Shown: in pieces, positions 9,388 to 19,715 of the stretch | Layout: the number at the start of each line of letters is the position of its first letter | Numbering within the stretch: the stretch's first letter is position 1 | Source: an uncultured Chloroflexia bacterium | GTDB taxonomy: Bacteria; Chloroflexota; Dehalococcoidia; DSTF01; JALHUB01 | Reading direction: 5' to 3' | DNA length: 64,000 nucleotides | Assembly: GCA_963703345.1 (NCBI GenBank) | Contig: OY969814.1 | Coordinates: 2,048,001 to 2,112,000, forward strand | The notes under the pieces: model-generated | Database searches by the model: none | What the model was told of the DNA's origin: nothing | Seen by the model: only the letters and a program-made list of their open reading frames with translations | Position numbers and translations under genes: made by a program

Positions 9388-10794
9388 ATGACGCATAAAC
9401 AAGACTTCCAGGGCAAGCGGGTGACGGTGGTGGGGTTAGGCATCGAGGGCGTTGACTTGGCGCGCTACTTGGTGGGCAAGGGTGCGACCGTCACGATTAG
9501 CGACGCCCGTCCGGCGGAGCGGCTGTCGCAACATCTGCGAGAGCTGGACGGGTTGCCGGTGCGCCTCTCTCTCGGAAAAAACGACCCGGCAGACACGATC
9601 GCGGCCGATCACGTCTTCGTCTCGCAAGGGGTTCCCATGGACATTCCAGCGCTGTCGGCGGCGCGCGAGCGAGGCGTCCCGCTCGACTCGATGATGCGGC
9701 TGTTCCTGAACCTCTGCGCCGGGCCGGTTGTCGGCATCACGGGGAGCAGCGGCAAAAGCACCACGACGAGCCTGGTTGACGCGATGTTCGCGGCGGCCAG
9801 CAAGAGGCACGTGGTCGGCGGGAACATCGGCGTCGGCCTGCTATCGCTTCTCGATGAGATCACGCCGGAGACGTGGGTGGTGCTGGAGGTCAGCCACACG
9901 CAGTTGGAGCTGACGACGAAGAGCCCGCACGTGGCCTGTGTGCTGAACGTGACGCCGAATCACCTCGACCGCTACTCCTGGGAGAGCTACGTAGACCTCA
10001 AGCGCAACATCCTGCGCTATCAGACAGCGGACGACGTCGCGGTCCTCGGCTATGACAACGCGGTCTCGCGGGCGCTGGCATCGGAGGCACGCGGGAAGGT
10101 GGTCTTCTTCAGCGATGGGGCGGACCTTCCGGGGCCGGCGGCGCTCGCCATCGACGACGCGCTGGTGTGGCGAGACGGCGGGTCGGACAAGGCGGTCCTA
10201 CCGCTAGCGGCGATTCCGCTGCGAGGGCGGCACAACGTTTCCAACGTTCTCGCGGCAACGGCGGTGGCCTCGTCCTGCGGCATCGGAGTCGATGCGATTG
10301 CAGCGGCGGTGCGCAACTTCAAGGCGGTGCCGCATCGGCTGGAGTACGTCGCCAGCATCGACGGCGTGGCCTATTACAACGACAGCATCGCGACGACGCC
10401 GGAACGGACGCTGGCCGGGATGCGCTCGTTCTCGGAGCCGCTGGTGCTGCTGCTGGGCGGTCGCGAGAAGAAGCTCCCGCTCGCGGAGATGGCGTCGGAG
10501 GCCTGCGAGCGCTGTCGCGCGATTGTGGTGTTCGGTGAGGCGAGAGAGACGCTCGTCGCGGCCGCCTTGGCGGCAAGCGACGCTGTTGGGTCGAAGGAGC
10601 GACCTGCAATCGAGACCGTCGAATTGCTGGCGGACGCTGTTGAGGCCGCCAAGGCGGCCGCGCGACCCGGCGATGTGGTACTGCTTTCGCCGGCCTGCAC
10701 CAGCTTCGATGCTTATGACAACTTCGAGGAGCGCGGGAAGCATTTCCGTCGCCTCGTTCTGGAGATGGCGCGTCGAGAAGGAGGCCCACCATAG
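9388..10794 (+). CDS. murD: UDP-MurNAc-L-Ala--D-Glu ligase
   Basis: GITGSSGKSTTT, HLDRY, HRLE, YNDSIAT, LLSPACTSFD. Confidence 0.97.
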   Translation: MTHKQDFQGKRVTVVGLGIEGVDLARYLVGKGATVTISDARPAERLSQHLRELDGLPVRLSLGKNDPADTIAADHVFVSQGVPMDIPALSAARERGVPLDSMMRLFLNLCAGPVVGITGSSGKSTTTSLVDAMFAAASKRHVVGGNIGVGLLSLLDEITPETWVVLEVSHTQLELTTKSPHVACVLNVTPNHLDRYSWESYVDLKRNILRYQTADDVAVLGYDNAVSRALASEARGKVVFFSDGADLPGPAALAIDDALVWRDGGSDKAVLPLAAIPLRGRHNVSNVLAATAVASSCGIGVDAIAAAVRNFKAVPHRLEYVASIDGVAYYNDSIATTPERTLAGMRSFSEPLVLLLGGREKKLPLAEMASEACERCRAIVVFGEARETLVAAALAASDAVGSKERPAIETVELLADAVEAAKAAARPGDVVLLSPACTSFDAYDNFEERGKHFRRLVLEMARREGGPP

Positions 10795-11981
10795 CAGCCT
10801 CTGAGACGACCCGCGTCCGGCCGGGACCGCCCGATGCCGTGGTCCTGACGCTCGTTGTGATGCTTGTCACCGTCGGGGTGCTTGCCGTCTACAGCGCCAG
10901 CTTCGCGCTCGGCAGTCTGGAGTACGGCAGCCCGTATTACTTCGTGGCGCGGCAGACCATGTGGGCGGTCGTCGGCACCGGCATGCTCGTCTTCCTGATG
11001 CGCTTCGACTACCACCGCCTGCGCGCGATCAGCCCGCTTCTCATGTTCGGCGCGCTCGTCGGGCTAACGGCGGTGCTGACGCCGGGCATCGGCGTGAACC
11101 ACAACGGCGCCAGTCGCTGGATCGCGATGGGGCCGCTTCCGCCCGTCCAGCCGAGCGAGTTCGCCAAGCTGGCGCTGATCATCTACGTCTCGGCCTGGCT
11201 TTCGGGCAAGAGCCGCAACCTGCGCAGCTTTGCCGCCGGGCTCGTGCCGTTCGTCGTCATGGTCGGTCTCGTCGCGGGCCTCGTGATGCTGGAACCGGAC
11301 ATGGGCACCACCATAATCATCGTCCTGACCACTCTGACGCTCTTCTTCGTCGCCGGCGGCGCGCTAAGCCACCTGTTCGCGCTCACGTCCATCGGCGGCG
11401 TGACCGCGGCCTTCCTCGTCGTGACCGGCGGCTACCGGATGGACCGCATCTTCGCCTTCGTCTCGCCGGAAGCGGACCCCGCGGGCAAGGGGTTCCACAT
11501 TCTGCAACTGCTCATCGCGTTGGGCAGCGGCGGTGTGACCGGCCTTGGCATAGGGGCCAGCCGCCAGAAATTCTTCTATGTCCCCGGCGCCCACACCGAC
11601 GGCATCTTCGCCATCATCGGCGAGGAGATGGGGTTCATCGGCGCCATGGCGGTCATCCTGCTGTTCGCGCTGCTGGTGTACCGGGGAATCCGCATCATGC
11701 TCAGTGCGCCGGACAACTTCGGCTCGCTGCTGGCGCTCGGCGTGACGAGCTGGATCGCCTACCAGGCGGTCATCAACATCGGCGGCATAACGCGGAGCAT
11801 GCCGCTAACGGGAATACCGCTGCCGTTCGTGAGCTACGGCGGCTCGGCGCTGGCGGCGACGATGGCGGCGGTCGGCATACTACTGAGCATATCGCGCTAT
11901 TCGAAAGCACGCGTCGCGGTGAGGGAACGCCGGCCCGTCCCGAAAACGATGAGGCGCCGCCTTCGAGAGGAAGGAACTTGA
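10791..11981 (+). CDS. ftsW: SEDS peptidoglycan polymerase FtsW (probable ATA start at 10791; first GTG at 10839)
   Basis: NGASRWI, QPSEFAK, EPDMG, HTDGIFAIIGEE, TGIPLPFVSYGGS. Confidence 0.95.
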   Translation: MAASETTRVRPGPPDAVVLTLVVMLVTVGVLAVYSASFALGSLEYGSPYYFVARQTMWAVVGTGMLVFLMRFDYHRLRAISPLLMFGALVGLTAVLTPGIGVNHNGASRWIAMGPLPPVQPSEFAKLALIIYVSAWLSGKSRNLRSFAAGLVPFVVMVGLVAGLVMLEPDMGTTIIIVLTTLTLFFVAGGALSHLFALTSIGGVTAAFLVVTGGYRMDRIFAFVSPEADPAGKGFHILQLLIALGSGGVTGLGIGASRQKFFYVPGAHTDGIFAIIGEEMGFIGAMAVILLFALLVYRGIRIMLSAPDNFGSLLALGVTSWIAYQAVINIGGITRSMPLTGIPLPFVSYGGSALAATMAAVGILLSISRYSKARVAVRERRPVPKTMRRRLREEGT

Positions 11982-13069
11982 GGGTGGCTCTTTCCGGCGG
12001 CGGCACAGCGGGACACGTTTACCCCTGTCTGGCGGTGGCATCTGCCCTGCGACAGCGACTAGCGTCGCGCGACGAGCCGCTTTCGCTGCTCTATCTCGGG
12101 ATTCGCGGCCGCGTCGACGAGCAGTTGCTGGCGGGAGAGGGCATCGAGTTCCAGCCGGTCCGAGCCGGTGCCCTGCGCGTGCGCTCTCCGCTTCGCTTTG
12201 CCGGCGGTCTTGTCGACCTGGCGCTCGGCGCCTGGCAGGCGCGACGCCTCTTGCGCCGCTTCCAGCCGCAGGCCGTCTTCGCGACGGGCGGCTACGCAAG
12301 CGCTCCCGTCGCGCTCGCTGCTCGCAGCCTGCGAAAGCCGTTGCTCGTCTACCTGCCAGACGTCCGCCCCGGCTGGGCGGTGCGCATGATGGCGCGCCTG
12401 GCGAATCGCGTGGCGGTTACGGCGGAAAGCTCGCTGCCCTACCTGCCGCGGCGAAAAGCGGTCGTCACCGGCTATCCGGCGCGATCAGACTTCCTGACGG
12501 CGGAGAGAGAAGAGGGACGTCGCCGGCTGGACCTGGAGCCGTCGACCAGGACGCTTTTGGTTAGCGGCGGCAGCCTGGGCGCGCGCGCGCTCAACATTGC
12601 CGTCGCCGAGAAGCTCCCGTCGCTATTGGACTTATGTCAAATCATTCATCTGTCCGGCGCTGCGGATTTCGACTGGCTGAAGCAGCGTCGCGACGATCTC
12701 CCGGACGAGCTGCGAAGCCGGCATCACCTGCACGCCTATCTGCCGGAGATGCCCTGGGCGATGGCCGCCGCGGACCTCGCACTCATGCGCGCCGGCGCCA
12801 GCACCCTGGGCGAGTTGCCGCTTGCCGGCCTCCCGGCGGTGTTGGTCCCGGGCGCCTTCTCCGACCAGGCGGACAACGCCCGCCATCTGGCCGAACGCGG
12901 CGCGGCCCTGGTCTTTCCGGACGAACGGGTCGCGGAGGCGGTCGAAGCGGTCAAGGAGTTGCTGCAGGATGACGCACGGCTGAAAGCGATGTCGGAGGCG
13001 ATGCGGGCGCTGGCCCAGCCCGACGCGGCCGACCGCATCGCCGGCATGCTAATGGAAATCGCGGCGTAA
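11978..13069 (+). CDS. murG: Lipid II N-acetylglucosaminyltransferase
   Basis: GGGTAGHVYP, TGGYAS, GGSLGA, RAGAST, Q..NA; TTG start overlaps ftsW stop. Confidence 0.96.
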   Translation: MRVALSGGGTAGHVYPCLAVASALRQRLASRDEPLSLLYLGIRGRVDEQLLAGEGIEFQPVRAGALRVRSPLRFAGGLVDLALGAWQARRLLRRFQPQAVFATGGYASAPVALAARSLRKPLLVYLPDVRPGWAVRMMARLANRVAVTAESSLPYLPRRKAVVTGYPARSDFLTAEREEGRRRLDLEPSTRTLLVSGGSLGARALNIAVAEKLPSLLDLCQIIHLSGAADFDWLKQRRDDLPDELRSRHHLHAYLPEMPWAMAAADLALMRAGASTLGELPLAGLPAVLVPGAFSDQADNARHLAERGAALVFPDERVAEAVEAVKELLQDDARLKAMSEAMRALAQPDAADRIAGMLMEIAA

Positions 13070-13071
13070 GA

Positions 13072-14505
13072 ATGACGACGATGACGCAGGAAGAGCGAGG
13101 CGCAAAGACGATACCACAGCGGGTCCATCTTGTCGGCATCGGCGGCGTGCACATGTCGGCGATTGCTCACATTCTGATGGCCTGGGGCCACGAGGTCAGC
13201 GGCTCCGACCAGCGTCTCTCGTCGTTCACGGACCGCCTCGTCAAGCAGGGAGCGACGGTATCTCGAGGCCACGACGCGGCGAACGTGGATGAGGCCGGGC
13301 TGGTCGTCGTCACCTCCGCGGCGACGAAAGAGAACCCGGAGATACTGGAGGCGCGGCGTCGCGGGATTCCCGTGATTAAGCGCGCCGACATGGTCGCGCG
13401 GTTGATGGAGGGGCATCGTTCGATAGCGGTGGCGGGAACGCACGGCAAGACGACGACCTCCGCGCTCATCGCCTTCATGCTCGTCGAAGCCGGGCTTTCG
13501 CCGACGTTCCTTGTCGGCGGCGACATCGTCAACCTGGGCACGAACGCCGCCGCCGGAGAGGGCGAGCACGTCGTCGTCGAAGCGGACGAGTTCGACGCCG
13601 CCTTCCTTAGCTACGAACCGGACATCGCCGTCATTACGAACGTCGAGGCCGATCACCTGGACGTCTACGGCTCGTTCGACAACCTGGTGGGCGCCTTTGC
13701 CCAGTTCCTCAAACAGGTGCCGCCGGGTGGCCTGATCATCGCCTGCGCGGACGACCCCGTCGTCGCCGAGCTGCTGGAGCGCGGCAAAGGCCCCGGTGTT
13801 CAACTCCAGACACGGCAGGTGGAGCTTTACGGGCTGGATACGCCGGTGGACTGGGTGGTCAGTCACCGCGGAAAGCTGGAAGACGGCGGCCAGGAGTTCT
13901 ACGTCGGGCTGAACGGCCGGCCGTACGGCGAGTTCCGCATCGGGCTGCCGGGCCGGCACAACGTGAGCAACGCGCTGGCAGCGATAGCCGTCGGACACCA
14001 CGTCGGCGTGCCGATGGAGGCGATGAAGAAGGCGCTGGCGGAGTTCCGCGGCGCCGGCCGTCGCTTCGAACTCGTCGGCGAGGCGGGCGGCGTAACGGTG
14101 ATGGACGACTACGCGCACCACCCGACGGAGCTGTGCGCGACCATCGCGGCCGCAAGCGAGCGCTTCGCCGGGCGACGGTTGGTCGCCGTGTTTCAACCGC
14201 ACACCTACAGTCGCACGCTCTACCTTCTCGAAGGCTTTCGCACCTGTTTCGAAGGGCTGGATGCGCTGCTTGTCCTGGAAACGTACGCCGCGCGCGAGCC
14301 GGTGGCGGCCGGCATGAGCGCCGAAGAGCTGGTGCGGCAGATCGCCTTCCCCGCGGCGCGCTTTGTCGCGACGTTCGAGGACGCGGCGGCAGCGGCGCTT
14401 GAGATGCTGCGGCCCGGCGACGTGTTCTTCACGCTGGGCGCGGGGGACGTGAACGAAGTGGGGCCGCTGGTCCTGGAGGGTCTACGCAAATGGAAGGCGT
14501 CATGA
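13072..14505 (+). CDS. murC: UDP-MurNAc--L-alanine ligase
   Basis: VGIGGVHMS, AGTHGKTTTS, VEADEFD, DDYAHHPTE, FQPHTYSRT. Confidence 0.98.
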   Translation: MTTMTQEERGAKTIPQRVHLVGIGGVHMSAIAHILMAWGHEVSGSDQRLSSFTDRLVKQGATVSRGHDAANVDEAGLVVVTSAATKENPEILEARRRGIPVIKRADMVARLMEGHRSIAVAGTHGKTTTSALIAFMLVEAGLSPTFLVGGDIVNLGTNAAAGEGEHVVVEADEFDAAFLSYEPDIAVITNVEADHLDVYGSFDNLVGAFAQFLKQVPPGGLIIACADDPVVAELLERGKGPGVQLQTRQVELYGLDTPVDWVVSHRGKLEDGGQEFYVGLNGRPYGEFRIGLPGRHNVSNALAAIAVGHHVGVPMEAMKKALAEFRGAGRRFELVGEAGGVTVMDDYAHHPTELCATIAAASERFAGRRLVAVFQPHTYSRTLYLLEGFRTCFEGLDALLVLETYAAREPVAAGMSAEELVRQIAFPAARFVATFEDAAAAALEMLRPGDVFFTLGAGDVNEVGPLVLEGLRKWKAS

Positions 14506-15437
14506 CGGGCATAAACGAGAAGCTGGTCGAAGAGCTGCGGAAGGTCGGCGGCGTGCGGCTGAACGAGCCGGTCTCGCGCCACACTACGTTCGGGATCGGC
14601 GGACCGGCGGACGTCTACGTCATCGCCGACGACGCGACGCAGCTAAGAACGCTGGTCACCCTTTGCGGCAGCCATGGCGAGCCTTTCTTCGTCCTCGGCG
14701 CCGGCAGCAACATCCTCGTCAGCGACAAGGGCATCCGCGGCGTGACAATCGAGAACCGGGCGCGGGCGCTGGAAGGTCCGCTGGAGGCGGATGACAGCCG
14801 GGTCATCTTCCGCATTGAATCGGGCGCCAGTCTGGCGGCGACGGCGCGAGACCTTTCGCATCGAGGCTACGCCGGGCTGGAGTGGGCCAGCGGCATTCCC
14901 GGGACAATCGGCGGCGCGGTGGTCTACAACGCCAGCGCCTACGACGGCAGCATGGCGGCGATTCTACAAGGCATCGGGATGCTGAGCGGCGACGGCCTGG
15001 AGTATGAGCTGGCGGTAGCGGAGCTGGGCCTGGGCTACCGGGAAAGCGCCTTCACCCGCAAGCTGTTCACCGGTCACGTGATCCTCCGCGCGAGCCTGTT
15101 GCTGCGTCGGTCTGACGCCCGCGAGCTTTCGGAGCGGATGGAGGAGCTGGACAGGAACCGTCAGGCCGCACAGCCGCGCGGGCGGAGCGCCGGCTCCATA
15201 TTCAAGAACACGCGCGAGTATCCCGCCTGGTGGCTCATCGACCAGGTGGGGCTTCGCGGCTATCGCATCGGCGACGCGGAGTTCTCGACGAAGCACCCGA
15301 ACTTCATCGTCAACGTCGGTCGGGCTACGGCCAAGGATGTCCGGCAGCTCATGGAGCTGGCCGAGAGAAGGGTGGCCGATGAGTTCTCGATCAAGCTGTT
15401 GCCGGAGGTGGCGTTCGTGGGAGAGGACCCGGCGTGA
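14502..15437 (+). CDS. murB: UDP-N-acetylenolpyruvoylglucosamine reductase
   Basis: HTTFGIGGPA, GAGSNILV, GIPGTIGGA, SAGSIFKN, KHPNFIVN. Confidence 0.97.
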   Translation: MTGINEKLVEELRKVGGVRLNEPVSRHTTFGIGGPADVYVIADDATQLRTLVTLCGSHGEPFFVLGAGSNILVSDKGIRGVTIENRARALEGPLEADDSRVIFRIESGASLAATARDLSHRGYAGLEWASGIPGTIGGAVVYNASAYDGSMAAILQGIGMLSGDGLEYELAVAELGLGYRESAFTRKLFTGHVILRASLLLRRSDARELSERMEELDRNRQAAQPRGRSAGSIFKNTREYPAWWLIDQVGLRGYRIGDAEFSTKHPNFIVNVGRATAKDVRQLMELAERRVADEFSIKLLPEVAFVGEDPA

Positions 15438-16543
15438 GCGTCGCGGGAGGTCGCAGGCTCAGGCTGGGCGTCATCTTCGGCGGGCGCAGCGGTGAGCATG
15501 AGGTGTCGGTGGTGTCAGCGCAGCATGTGATGGCGGCGGTCGACCGCAGCCGCTTCGAAGTCGTGCCGATCGGCGTGACGAAGGGCGGCGCCTGGCTGAC
15601 GCCGGAGGAGACGCAGGCGCAGATGGACGCCCCGGCGGCTCCCTTCAAGAAAACGCTCGTCGACGAGAGCGCCGCGCGAGGCGGCAGGCGGGTCGAAGGG
15701 CTGCTGGGACGGCCGCAGGCGCTGTCGGTGCTGTCGGAGATAGACGTGGCGTTTCCGCTGGTCCACGGGCCAAGCGGCGAGGACGGGACACTGCAAGGGC
15801 TGCTGGAGCTGGCGCGCGTGCCTTACGCCGGCGCCGGCGTGGCGGCAAGCGCGGCCGGGCTGGACAAGGCGCTGATGAAGGCGCTTCTCCGCGACGCCGG
15901 GCTGCCGGTCATCGACTGGCTGGTGATAACGCACTCGCAGTGGGCCAACAACGCGGCAGGACTGACATCGAGCGTTGAGACGGAGCTTGGCTATCCCTGC
16001 TTCGTCAAGCCGGCGAACGGCGGCAGCAGCGTGGGCATCACGAAGGCGCACTCCCGCGAAGAGTTGGTCAACGGCGTGGCGCAAGCGTTCCGCTTCGACC
16101 GCAAGCTCATCGTCGAGAAGGGCGTGGAGCCGCGGGAGATCGAGTGCGCGGTGCTCGGCAACGACGCGCCGGAGGCGTCGCCGCTGGGGGAGATCGTCTG
16201 CGAGCGCGAGTTCTACGACTACGAGGCGAAGTACCTCGACTCGTCGACGACGCTGTCGATACCGGCGGAGCTGCCGGAAGAGAGGTCGTCCCAGATACGG
16301 GCGCTGGCCCTCGACGCCTACCGCGCCATCGACTGCTGCAGCATGGCGCGCATCGACTTCTTCCTCACGCCCGAGGGCGAGGTCTTCGTCGATGAGCTGA
16401 ACACGATACCGGGCTTTACACCGGGCAGCATGTACCCGCGGCTCTGGCAGGTCGCCGGACTGTCGTACCCCGAACTGATAAGCCGCCTCGTCGATCTGGG
16501 ACTGGAGCGTTTCGAAGAGAGGGAGCGTCTTGCGCAAGGATAG
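15434..16543 (+). CDS. ddl: D-alanine--D-alanine ligase
   Basis: FGGRSGEHEVS, HGPSGEDG, GSSVG, FYDYEAKY (Tyr in omega loop, D-Ala-D-Ala type), ELNTIPG. Confidence 0.97.
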   Translation: MSVAGGRRLRLGVIFGGRSGEHEVSVVSAQHVMAAVDRSRFEVVPIGVTKGGAWLTPEETQAQMDAPAAPFKKTLVDESAARGGRRVEGLLGRPQALSVLSEIDVAFPLVHGPSGEDGTLQGLLELARVPYAGAGVAASAAGLDKALMKALLRDAGLPVIDWLVITHSQWANNAAGLTSSVETELGYPCFVKPANGGSSVGITKAHSREELVNGVAQAFRFDRKLIVEKGVEPREIECAVLGNDAPEASPLGEIVCEREFYDYEAKYLDSSTTLSIPAELPEERSSQIRALALDAYRAIDCCSMARIDFFLTPEGEVFVDELNTIPGFTPGSMYPRLWQVAGLSYPELISRLVDLGLERFEERERLAQG

Positions 16544-17291
16544 TCGCAGGCAAACGGGGCGCCGGGATGCGCCGCGGCTCGGGGAGCGAATAAAGCGCGG
16601 CCTGAAGCGTCTGACGCTGCTGGCGATGCTCGTCGGGATCGTGGGCGCCGGCTGGCTGGTCTACCAGTCGCCGCTGTTCCAGGTCAGGACGGTCTCTGTG
16701 AACGGGGCCGAGACGCTGGACCCCACGCTGCTGGCGAGTGTCTCCGGCCTCCAGGGGCAGAACATCCTCCAGGTGGACACGGAAGCGGCGAAGCAGCGCC
16801 TGCTTGCCTTGCCGATGGTGGCGAGCGTGTCGGTGGAGAGGCAGTGGCCCGGCAAGATGGTGCTGAACGTGCAGGAGCGCCACGCCTGGGGCTACTGGCA
16901 GATCAAGGACCAGCCGTACGTCATTGACGACCAGGGCGTGGTTCTCGATGACGCGCGACCGGACGATGGCGCGCCGACGATCGTCGAAGTGGACAGCGAG
17001 CGTCGGCTGGCGCCCGGCGACAGGGTGGATGCCGACGCCGTCGCGCTTTCGAAACAACTCATCGACGCAGCGCCGCGGGCGTTGCAGCGAAACGTCACCG
17101 GCCTGGAGTACAGCGATCACAGCGGGCTCACCGCGTCGTTCGAAGGCGGATTGCGCGCGACGTTCGGGGACAGCCGCGATCTCGATTACAAGCTCAGCGT
17201 CCTGTACGTGCTGCTGGACAAGGCGCAAACGCAGGGCCTGGCGGTGAACAGCGTCGACCTGCGTTTCGGCGAGACGGTGTCGTTCCAGTAG
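16530..17291 (+). CDS. ftsQ: Cell division protein FtsQ/DivIB
   Basis: TM, POTRA-like region (VSVERQWPGKMVLNVQER), C-terminal VDLRF; lies before ftsA. Confidence 0.9.
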   Translation: MRKDSRRQTGRRDAPRLGERIKRGLKRLTLLAMLVGIVGAGWLVYQSPLFQVRTVSVNGAETLDPTLLASVSGLQGQNILQVDTEAAKQRLLALPMVASVSVERQWPGKMVLNVQERHAWGYWQIKDQPYVIDDQGVVLDDARPDDGAPTIVEVDSERRLAPGDRVDADAVALSKQLIDAAPRALQRNVTGLEYSDHSGLTASFEGGLRATFGDSRDLDYKLSVLYVLLDKAQTQGLAVNSVDLRFGETVSFQ

Positions 17292-17349
17292 CGGCGACTG
17301 AAGAGAGGGCGACATCGCGGGAGCGGCGCCCAGGGAAGGAGGAACCAAG

Positions 17350-18591
17350 GTGAGAGCGGATACCTTCGCCTCAGTTGACGTCGGGACAACGAAGGTCTGC
17401 ACCGCCGTCGCGGAGGTCGGCGACGACCAGGCGATACGCATTCTCGGCGTCGGCGTCGCGCTGGCCGGCGGCTTCAGTCGCGGCATGGTAGACAACATCG
17501 CCGAGGCGACGCAATCGATCCGCGACTCCGTCGACAAGGCGGAGCGCTCCGCCGGCACGCGCATACTCTCGGCGCACGTCGGCATCACCGGCTCGCACAT
17601 CCAGTCGCTGAACAACCGCGGGATCGCTGCCATTGCCGACCGCAACCACCCCATAGGCAGCGACGACGTGGAGCGCGTGCTGGAAGGGGCGCGCGTCATC
17701 AACATCCCGTCCAACCGCGAGGTGCTGCACGCCGTGCCGCGCTACTACGTCGTCGACGGGCAGGACAGCGTGAGCGACCCGCTGGGAATGCACGGCCAGC
17801 GCCTGGACGTGGAGACGCACATCGTCACCGCTTCGACGAGCGCGATGCAGAACCTGACGAAGTGCGTCGAGGGCGCCGGTGTCGAGGTGGAGAGCCTGAT
17901 CCTGGAGCCGCTGGCCAGCGGCGAGGCGGTGCTGGAGGAGGAGGAGCGCAAGCAGGGAGTCATTGTCGTCGATATCGGCGGGGGAACGACCGGGATAGCA
18001 GTCTACCTGGACGGCAGCGTCTTCCACACGTCGGTGCTGCCGGTCGGCGGCAACCACCTGACGCGCGACCTGGTCGCCGGGCTGCGCTGCCCCTACGTCG
18101 TCGCCGAGGAGGCGAAGGCGAAGTTCGGGCACGCCATCCCGAGCATGGTGGACGCCGGCGAGAGCGTCGACCTGGATTGCTTCGGGGCGGAGCGCCAGAA
18201 GAGCGTGCCGCGGCGCCGGCTATGCGAGATCATCCAGGCGCGCTGCGAAGAGATCCTGGAGATGGTGATGAGCGAGGTGAAACGCAACGTGCACGACGAC
18301 ATTCTGTCGGCGGGCATTGTGCTGACCGGCGGCACGGCGAAGCTGCGCGGCCTCGACGTCCTCGCCGAGCAGGTGACGGGCCTGCCGGCGCGTATCGGCG
18401 TTCCCCGTTATCTCCAGGGGCTCTCGGAGACGCTGGCCGACCCAGCCTACGCCACGAGCGTCGGGCTGCTGCAATGGGCGCTCAAGGAGAACGGCATGCT
18501 CTACGGGGGCCAGCGCCTGGGGCCGAGCTTGGCCTTCGGCGGGCTATGGCGTCGGGTGAGCCAGTGGATGCGCGTGCTCATGCCTGAGTAA
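17350..18591 (+). CDS. ftsA: Cell division protein FtsA
   Basis: DVGTTKV, VDIGGGTT, VGGNHLT.DL, VLTGG. Confidence 0.97.
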   Translation: MRADTFASVDVGTTKVCTAVAEVGDDQAIRILGVGVALAGGFSRGMVDNIAEATQSIRDSVDKAERSAGTRILSAHVGITGSHIQSLNNRGIAAIADRNHPIGSDDVERVLEGARVINIPSNREVLHAVPRYYVVDGQDSVSDPLGMHGQRLDVETHIVTASTSAMQNLTKCVEGAGVEVESLILEPLASGEAVLEEEERKQGVIVVDIGGGTTGIAVYLDGSVFHTSVLPVGGNHLTRDLVAGLRCPYVVAEEAKAKFGHAIPSMVDAGESVDLDCFGAERQKSVPRRRLCEIIQARCEEILEMVMSEVKRNVHDDILSAGIVLTGGTAKLRGLDVLAEQVTGLPARIGVPRYLQGLSETLADPAYATSVGLLQWALKENGMLYGGQRLGPSLAFGGLWRRVSQWMRVLMPE

Positions 18592-18629
18592 GGCATTCGA
18601 TTCGACGGAACCAGCGAAAGGAGGCGACA

Positions 18630-19715
18630 GTGACCACAAGAGAGGACCTGGACAAGCTTCCCCCGATCAAGGTGATGGGTGTCGGCGGCGGCGGCGGCAA
18701 CGCGCTCAGCCGGATGATGGCGGACAAGATCCCGGGCGTGCAACTGGTGGCCGTGAACACGGACTCGCAGGCGCTGGCGCACACGGACGCCCACGTCAAG
18801 ATCCGCATCGGCGACCGGCTGACGAAAGGGCTGGGCGTCGGCGGCGACCCGAACAAGGGCCTGCGGGCCGCCGAGGAGAGCCGTGAGGAGCTCTTCGACG
18901 CCGTCAAAGGGGCGGAGATGGTCTTCATCACCGCGGGCATGGGCGGCGGCACCGGCACCGGCGCGTCGGCGATCGTCGGCGAGGTGGCGCGCGAGGCCGG
19001 TGCTCTGACCATCGGAGTCGTCACCAAGCCGTTCTCCTTCGAAGGGGCGAAGCGTCGCATGCAGGCGGAGGACGGCATCGAGCACCTGCGGGACAAAGTG
19101 GACACGCTCATCGTCATACCAAACGACCGCCTCCTTGCCGTTTGCACTCCCGACGTGTCCGTTCCCGAGGCCTTCCGTGTTGGCGACGAGGTGCTCAGGC
19201 AATCGATACAGGGCATCTCGGAGATCATCACCGTGCCCGGCGACATCAACCTCGACTTCGCCGACGTGCGCAAGATCATGGGCGAAGCCGGACAAGCGCT
19301 GCTCGCCATCGGGCGGGCCAGCGGCGAAAACCGCGCCGTCGAGGCCGCGCGGGCGGCGATCAGGAGCCCTCTGCTGGACACGAGCATCGAAGGCGCGAAG
19401 GGCGTGTTGTTCAACGTTACCGGCTCGCGCAGCATCGGACTGCACGAGATGAACGCCGCCGCGCAGGTCATCGCGGAGATAGTGGACCCGGACGCGGAGA
19501 TCATCTTCGGCACGGCCACGGATCCGGACCTGGGCGACGAGATAAAGGTGACCGTTATCGCCACGGGGTTCCAGCCGGCTCAGACCCTGGAACAGGGGCT
19601 GGAGGAAGTGCTAGGCCGAGAGCACAGGCTGCGGCCGCTCCGGGTGGAGAACCTGCGGAACGTGGGCGATACGGACCTGCCGACCTTCCTGCGTCGCACC
19701 GTCTCGTTGCGGTGA
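18630..19715 (+). CDS. ftsZ: Cell division protein FtsZ
   Basis: GVGGGGGNA, GMGGGTGTG, NLDFADV, C-terminal DLPTFLRR. Confidence 0.99.
   Translation: MTTREDLDKLPPIKVMGVGGGGGNALSRMMADKIPGVQLVAVNTDSQALAHTDAHVKIRIGDRLTKGLGVGGDPNKGLRAAEESREELFDAVKGAEMVFITAGMGGGTGTGASAIVGEVAREAGALTIGVVTKPFSFEGAKRRMQAEDGIEHLRDKVDTLIVIPNDRLLAVCTPDVSVPEAFRVGDEVLRQSIQGISEIITVPGDINLDFADVRKIMGEAGQALLAIGRASGENRAVEAARAAIRSPLLDTSIEGAKGVLFNVTGSRSIGLHEMNAAAQVIAEIVDPDAEIIFGTATDPDLGDEIKVTVIATGFQPAQTLEQGLEEVLGREHRLRPLRVENLRNVGDTDLPTFLRRTVSLR

Noticed and set aside
10961-11977. 702-aa ORF suggesting a long N-terminal fusion on MurG
   Set aside because: The extension is an alternative frame of ftsW; MurG begins at TTG 11978
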